A model generated the notes under the pieces. The model was not told the origin of the DNA and made no database searches. It saw only the letters and a list, made by a program, of their open reading frames with translations. Shown here piece after piece: positions 58,854 through 64,000 of a stretch of DNA of 64,000 bases. The number at the start of each line of letters is the position of its first letter. Within the stretch, counting starts at the first letter, position 1. The position numbers and the translations under genes were made by a program. Source of the DNA: Pyrinomonadaceae bacterium (GTDB lineage: Bacteria; Acidobacteriota; Blastocatellia; Pyrinomonadales; Pyrinomonadaceae); assembly GCA_046313635.1 (NCBI GenBank), contig JBKBYA010000001.1:927481-991480 (forward strand), in the 5' to 3' direction.

Positions 58854-60053
58854 TCACTGGCCGCCTGCAGCCTTGATCGCGTCGAAGTGAGATCGCGGAA
58901 TGGCGAGCTTGCCGTAGGTCACGTGGCATTTTGTACATTCGAATTTCGGGTCCTTCGTTCGCGCGTCCACTTCGAAGTTGATCGCCCCGCCGTCGTCGAG
59001 CGTCGCCGTCGCATGACAGACGGCGCAGGACGCGATCTCGACCCTGCGCGAACGCGGGTCGGCGGTATTCATCGTCGCGACGCCGGTGTGACAGGTCGCG
59101 CACGACGTATCGGCGTGGCTCATGAATTCGTGACGAAACGCTCCCGCCGACACGCGCTCTCGCCAGCGATCGAGCGACGGCTTGTCGCCGCGCGTCATCG
59201 CGAGCGCGAGCTTTAGATCAAAGTCGGGCGCGAAGGCGGCCTTCAGCTTATGACAGGTCGCACAGTCGGTCGGTGCCGGCGTGAGACCGCTGTCGGCCGA
59301 ATGGCAAGTGAAGCACGACGCGTGTCCCGCGGGGACGCTCTTGAAAGTTCCTCGCTTGAGCCAAAACTTGTCGCCGAGGTTCGGCGGAGGCTTGACCAGA
59401 TACTCCTCCGAGCCCTCGCCCTGCGGGTCGAGGGTCGAGTGGCAGACGGCGCAGCTCTCCTCGGCCGGCGACCACCGAGGCGACGCGAGCGAGACTTTGA
59501 CAAACCCGTCCGATCTCGCCGATGCGGCCGAGACGATGTCGAGGTGCTTCTCGTGAGGGAAATGCACGGAGAAGTCCGAGACGGCCGTTTTACCCTTCGG
59601 CGAACGGTCAAAGATCTCGGGCGGATTAGGGAACGGATGTCGATCGGCCTTTCGCGGCCCGGGGTCGGTGTGGCAGACCGTGCAGATCCGAGGCGGATCG
59701 CCGCGAAAGAATTGCGCCTTATGACAGCCGACGCACGACTGGTGCCGAGGATGATCTGTGATGTCGGGGAAAGGCTCGGAACGCACCCGTTCCCAGTTTG
59801 GCGAAGGGAACTTGTGACAGCTAGCGCAGTCCATGCGGTGTGCGGCCGTGCCGTGCGCAAAGTCGGCAGGCTTTTGTCCGCTCGGAGACGTACGGCGAGC
59901 TCGCCGCGGCGTCGCCGCCGGGTCGCCGCCGGTGCCGGCCTCGCCCGAGACGATCGACCGGCGCGAGACGATCGCTCCCGCGACGACGAGGCCGCACGCA
60001 GCTATGATCACGAAGATGCGGACCGCCAGGAGCTTTCGTCGTCCAACTCTCAT
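58854..60053 (-). CDS. Periplasmic nonaheme cytochrome c (c3/c7-like repeats)
   Basis: Nine CXXCH motifs with FxH..H distal ligands; N-terminal TM/signal. Confidence 0.88.
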   Translation of the reverse strand: MRVGRRKLLAVRIFVIIAACGLVVAGAIVSRRSIVSGEAGTGGDPAATPRRARRTSPSGQKPADFAHGTAAHRMDCASCHKFPSPNWERVRSEPFPDITDHPRHQSCVGCHKAQFFRGDPPRICTVCHTDPGPRKADRHPFPNPPEIFDRSPKGKTAVSDFSVHFPHEKHLDIVSAASARSDGFVKVSLASPRWSPAEESCAVCHSTLDPQGEGSEEYLVKPPPNLGDKFWLKRGTFKSVPAGHASCFTCHSADSGLTPAPTDCATCHKLKAAFAPDFDLKLALAMTRGDKPSLDRWRERVSAGAFRHEFMSHADTSCATCHTGVATMNTADPRSRRVEIASCAVCHATATLDDGGAINFEVDARTKDPKFECTKCHVTYGKLAIPRSHFDAIKAAGGQ

Positions 60054-60136
60054 TCACCTATTCGATCGGCCGCTCGTCCCCGGAAGGGAGCGCTGCGGCC
60101 CACCGTCCAAAGCGTAGTCGTCCCGCGGCGACGGTC

Positions 60137-60156
60137 GCTGTGACCCTTGTCACAGC
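60137..60156. promoter_or_regulatory. CRP/FNR- or Rex-type palindromic operator
   Basis: GCTGTGAC-cctt-GTCACAGC containing TGTGA-N6-TCACA, in the divergent cytochrome/ccs intergenic region. Confidence 0.6.
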
Positions 60157-60401
60157 ATATTCGCCGCCGTGCGGTTCGAGTGCGTCCGATCGCGAAATAC
60201 TCCGCGGCCCGTAACAAAAATTCACGCCCCTCACGCTCGGCCCCGCTGGTGAGCGGAGCGGCCGGCCGTTCGCTTTACAAGGTAATTCGGCCGCTTTTGT
60301 GATCTTGCACGTGCCGCCGCTGCCGGAACGGCACTTGCCCTTCAACGTCGGAGACACGCGGGCCCACATCCCCGATCTCGCTTACGAGAAACACTGAGAA
60401 T

Positions 60402-61946
60402 ATGTCATCACTTCAAGAATCGGTCGTTAATGTTTCGGCAAAACGTCGCGACGTGCAAAAAAGCCGGAGGTCGGTCGTCGACCGGTTTCTCGAGCTGATG
60501 TGCTCGGTCCGCTTCGGCGTGGTGCTGCTGATCGCTCTCGGCATACTCTGCATGATCGGGATGCTGATCATGCAGCAGAACGTCGACGGTTTTGAGCGCT
60601 ACTTTGCCGAGCTGACGCCGGCGCAAAAGCTCGTTTACGGCAAGCTCGGCTTTTTTGACATCTATCACGTCTGGTACTTCAACGCTCTGCTGGCGCTCTT
60701 GTCGATCAACATCATCCTGTCGTCGATAGATCGATTTCCGAAGGCATGGAAGTTCATCGCCCGCCCGAATGTGGTCGTTCCCGTCAGATGGCTGCGGGAG
60801 CAAAAGGCATCGGCCGAGGCCCGGCTTGACGTGCCCGCCGAGGAGGCGGCCGCCCGCATCGGGAGCGCAATGCGCCGCTGCGGATGGAAGCGCGTCCGAA
60901 CGGGCACGCGCGGCGGCAGGACGTTTGTCTTTGGCGAGTCGGGCGTCTGGAATCGGCTCGGCGCATACGCCGTCCACGTCGGTCTGCTGGTGATCTTTCT
61001 CGGCGGCTTTATGACGGGCCAGATGGGCAGCACCGGCAATGTCCCGCTCGGGCCGGGCGAATCGACGAGCCTGATGTACGAGACCACGGTCGAGCTCGAC
61101 CGCACGAGCCAGGTGACCAAACAGCTCCCGTTCGAGATCGTCGGCACAGACATCCAGCAAAAGCTGATCAAGAAGGACGGCCCGATCAACGCGATGAACA
61201 CGATCGATTGGATCACGCGATTCAAGATCCGCGACGAGACCGGCGAGCACGACGCGATGGTGCAGATGAATCGTCCCTTCGATTACCGCGGCTATAGATT
61301 TTTCCAGGCGAGCTTTGTCCCGGTCGGGCGGGCGCGTACGATCACGATCAACGCCGTTCCGGCAGGCGGCGGCGAGGCTCAGGCGGTCACGATACCGCGA
61401 GACGGATCGGCGACGCTCGCCGACGGCACCGTGATCAACTTCAAGGAATTTCGCGGCGCTTTCTCGATCGGTCAAGAAGACCCCAACGAGGACACCAGCA
61501 CTTATCCCAATCCCGGAGCGATCCTGCAGGTCGTGCCCGCAGGCGGCGGTTCGGCCGAGACGGCGTACGCATTTGGCCCGGAGATGACGGCGATGCCGGT
61601 GGCCAAAAAGCCGGTCGCCGGATACACCTTTGAGCTCGTCGATTTTGAGAAGGTCGGCGATCAGCACGTGCTGTCGGTGCAGCGCGATCCGGGAGCGACG
61701 GTCGTGTACGTCGGTTTCGTCATCCTGTGCGTGACGCTGGCGGCCGTTTTCTTCTTTTCACACCAGCGGGTCTGGGCGGCGATCGAGCCGTCGGCGGACG
61801 GGACGTCGAGGATCGTATTCGGCGGCCACACAAACCGAAATCACAACCCATTCGAGGAGCGCTTCAGGAGCTTTGTAGACAAGCTGACCGCATCGGGGCC
61901 CGGCAGCGAGGTCTCGAGCGCCGAGATCCCGGCGTCGAGATCGTAA
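60402..61946 (+). CDS. resB: Cytochrome c biogenesis protein ResB/CcsB (system II)
   Basis: SVRFGVVLL, IGMLIMQ, YHVWYF, AVHVGLL, MNRPF.YRG..FFQAS, RDPG..VVYVG. Confidence 0.9.
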   Translation: MSSLQESVVNVSAKRRDVQKSRRSVVDRFLELMCSVRFGVVLLIALGILCMIGMLIMQQNVDGFERYFAELTPAQKLVYGKLGFFDIYHVWYFNALLALLSINIILSSIDRFPKAWKFIARPNVVVPVRWLREQKASAEARLDVPAEEAAARIGSAMRRCGWKRVRTGTRGGRTFVFGESGVWNRLGAYAVHVGLLVIFLGGFMTGQMGSTGNVPLGPGESTSLMYETTVELDRTSQVTKQLPFEIVGTDIQQKLIKKDGPINAMNTIDWITRFKIRDETGEHDAMVQMNRPFDYRGYRFFQASFVPVGRARTITINAVPAGGGEAQAVTIPRDGSATLADGTVINFKEFRGAFSIGQEDPNEDTSTYPNPGAILQVVPAGGGSAETAYAFGPEMTAMPVAKKPVAGYTFELVDFEKVGDQHVLSVQRDPGATVVYVGFVILCVTLAAVFFFSHQRVWAAIEPSADGTSRIVFGGHTNRNHNPFEERFRSFVDKLTASGPGSEVSSAEIPASRS

Positions 61947-61976
61947 GCGGCGGCGACCAGCATCGAGGAATGAACG

Positions 61977-63599
61977 ATGAATGAACAAATTCTGGACAAA
62001 AAGATTCTCATGGCCGGCGACGGCGGCGTGATCGCGGCCAAGGCGGCATCTGCCTGGAAGACATATATCCCTTTTACGCTGGCCGTCGGCGGGTCGCTGC
62101 TGCTGACCGCCGCTCGGATAAGCGTCGGCGGCGAGAGATTTATCTCGGACGGCGCGGCGATGATGCTCGCACTGGCGTCGTATCTGTTTGCCGCGGTCTT
62201 TTATCTGACCAATCTCTACGCTCCGTTTCGCCTGGCCGAGCGGCTCGGCTTATGGGCGACGACGCTCGGCGTCTTTTTTAACCTGTCGAGCTGGCTGCTC
62301 CGATGGGTCGCGGCGTACGACCGCGAAGTGCAGATCTTTTCGAGTCAGGGAGCGAATCCGGCGGACATGCCGTGGGTGTTTCGCTACATCCCCTTCGCCA
62401 ATCTGTACGACATGAGTCTCGCTTTCGCGCTCGGCGCGGGCGTGACGACATTGCTCGTGCTGCGGCGCGAACAGTTCAGGATCGTCGCGACCATCGCACT
62501 GCCGATGGCGGCGATCATTCTCGTGCTCGCACGCTTTATCGGCAGCGAGATCATCGATCTGCCGCCGGTGCTCGACTCGTACTGGCGGCCGATCCACGTC
62601 GGCGTCGCGAGTTTGAGCTACGGCATCGCGCTCGTCTGTTTTGCCGTGGCGGTGCTCTACCTTTTGAAGGACGGCGTCAAGGTCGAAAAGATGTCTATCT
62701 GGACCAGCCTCTTCGCGATACTGACCTTTGCGACGATCAGCAAGTTCAGCGTTTTTTCGCTGTCGACTTTCGGCACGTACACGTCGTCGGTCTTTATGTC
62801 GACGTCCAAAGCTCCGCTCGGACTGCGTGCCGATATCCCATACGTCGGCTGGCTGCTGGTCGCCGCGGCGGTGATCCTGGCGGCTTCGATGGCCGCGTTT
62901 TGGAAGTCGTTCAGCGGAGATGAAAAGGCGCGAACGTGGGGCCTCCGGCTGCTGCAGCTCGCGATGGTCGTGCAGGCCGCCGGCGTCGCGACGCTCGTTT
63001 ACCAGCTCAAGAACATCAAGGACGTCGTCGCACACATCGACCCGTCGCAGTACGGCAAATTCGCCGTCTGGATGCTCCAGCAGCAGGATATGCCGCAGTC
63101 GCAGATCAACGCGATCGGCGCCGCTCAGCTCTCGAGCATCGGCTCGCGGTGGATCGCCGACAACGGCTCGCAGCTGCATCTCGGACTCAACGCAAATCCC
63201 GTCGAGCTCTCGGCGCTGATCACGGCATTTGCAGGCACCTTCTTTATCGTTATCTTTTCGATCAACACGGCGCGCCTGCGCGACGCTCTGCCGACGGCCG
63301 AGAAGCTCGACGGCCTGATGTACAAGCTCGGCGGCATCACCTTTGCCGGCCTCGCGCTCCTGCTGATCACCGGAGCCGTCTGGGCGAACGAATCGTGGGG
63401 CCGCTACTGGGGCTGGGACGCCAAGGAGACCGGAGCTCTCGTCGCGTGGCTGACCTACGCAGGGTTTCTGCATTCGCGCATCGCCTATAGCTGGAAGGGC
63501 CGGCGTTCGGCATACTTTGCCGTCGTCGCTTTTCTCTTCATCGTCTTTACATATTTGGGCGTCAGCTATCTCTTGCCCGGACTCCACTCGTACGCATAG
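61977..63599 (+). CDS. ccsA: Cytochrome c biogenesis protein ResC/CcsA (system II)
   Basis: PFANLY, LDSYW..IHV, WWD domain GAVWANESWGRYWGWDAKET, C-terminal GLHSYA. Confidence 0.92.
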   Translation: MNEQILDKKILMAGDGGVIAAKAASAWKTYIPFTLAVGGSLLLTAARISVGGERFISDGAAMMLALASYLFAAVFYLTNLYAPFRLAERLGLWATTLGVFFNLSSWLLRWVAAYDREVQIFSSQGANPADMPWVFRYIPFANLYDMSLAFALGAGVTTLLVLRREQFRIVATIALPMAAIILVLARFIGSEIIDLPPVLDSYWRPIHVGVASLSYGIALVCFAVAVLYLLKDGVKVEKMSIWTSLFAILTFATISKFSVFSLSTFGTYTSSVFMSTSKAPLGLRADIPYVGWLLVAAAVILAASMAAFWKSFSGDEKARTWGLRLLQLAMVVQAAGVATLVYQLKNIKDVVAHIDPSQYGKFAVWMLQQQDMPQSQINAIGAAQLSSIGSRWIADNGSQLHLGLNANPVELSALITAFAGTFFIVIFSINTARLRDALPTAEKLDGLMYKLGGITFAGLALLLITGAVWANESWGRYWGWDAKETGALVAWLTYAGFLHSRIAYSWKGRRSAYFAVVAFLFIVFTYLGVSYLLPGLHSYA

Positions 63600-63605
63600 A
63601 AATTT

Positions 63606-64000
63606 ATGACCAAGGAAAATGTTCTATTCACTATCGTCGGCCTGCTCGCCGGTCTGATCATCGGCTTTATGGGCGCCAACTCGATCAACCAGAATGCGGC
63701 CCTTAGGCAAGGCACGGGCACCGAGATGGGCGGCTTCCCGCCGGGGCATCCGGCGGTGCCGGGCGGTGCCGGGCAGATGGGGGCAAATGCTCCGGAGGTG
63801 CAGGCCGCGATCGAAAAGGCCAAGGCCGAGCCCGACAATTACGACGCGCAGATGACGGCCGGGATCTTCTTTGCACAGATAGGCCGATTTGACGGCGCTG
63901 TCGAGTACTTCAAAAAGGCAAACCAGATCCGACCGGACGCGTACGACGCGGTCGTGCAGCTCGGCAATTCGTATTTCGATTCTGACAACTTTGTCGAGGC
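63606..64000 (+). CDS. TPR protein with PPGHP motif, probable cytochrome c biogenesis accessory (partial)
   Basis: MTKENVLFTIVGLLAGLIIGF TM, FPPGHP, TPR helices (VQLGNSYFD); runs off window. Confidence 0.75.
   Translation, partial: MTKENVLFTIVGLLAGLIIGFMGANSINQNAALRQGTGTEMGGFPPGHPAVPGGAGQMGANAPEVQAAIEKAKAEPDNYDAQMTAGIFFAQIGRFDGAVEYFKKANQIRPDAYDAVVQLGNSYFDSDNFVE

Overview
A GC-rich bacterial chromosomal segment. Gene content suggests Acidobacteriota, probably Blastocatellia/Pyrinomonadaceae-like (inference from protein families, not a database result). Left to right: membrane and hypothetical genes; hup, tRNA-Pro(TGG) and rdgB; ybbP-ybbA/tesA; thrC; a delta-60 propeller protein; a soluble hybrid histidine kinase plus response regulator; a radical SAM enzyme resembling tetraether synthase (Tes/GDGT-MAS family); a MacB-type permease; pgi; a TPR protein; ino1; a large S8 subtilase; a beta-alanine-type aminotransferase; a Ser/Thr kinase-BON-papain-papain module; and a frameshifted Tat sulfatase. 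Then comes a reductive pyrimidine-catabolism operon (hydA, NCS1, mmsA, beta-ureidopropionase, RidA, preT, preA), a divergent APH-kinase/acyl-CoA dehydrogenase pair, pilMNOPQ with a long structured leader, three c-type cytochromes (8, 1 and 9 heme motifs) and system II cytochrome c biogenesis genes. The most unusual signals are: (1) two GxxExxY nuclease-like genes inside the pyrimidine operon, each bracketed by its own ~35-40 bp imperfect inverted repeat with 9-nt periodicity, plus several gene-less heptamer inverted arrays elsewhere; (2) the Tes-like enzyme; (3) a divergent GTP-cyclohydrolase-II/VOC/GNAT trio inside the pyrimidine operon; (4) the kinase-BON-double cysteine protease module. No CRISPR, rRNA, integrase or transposase was seen. 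All calls are from motif recognition by eye.
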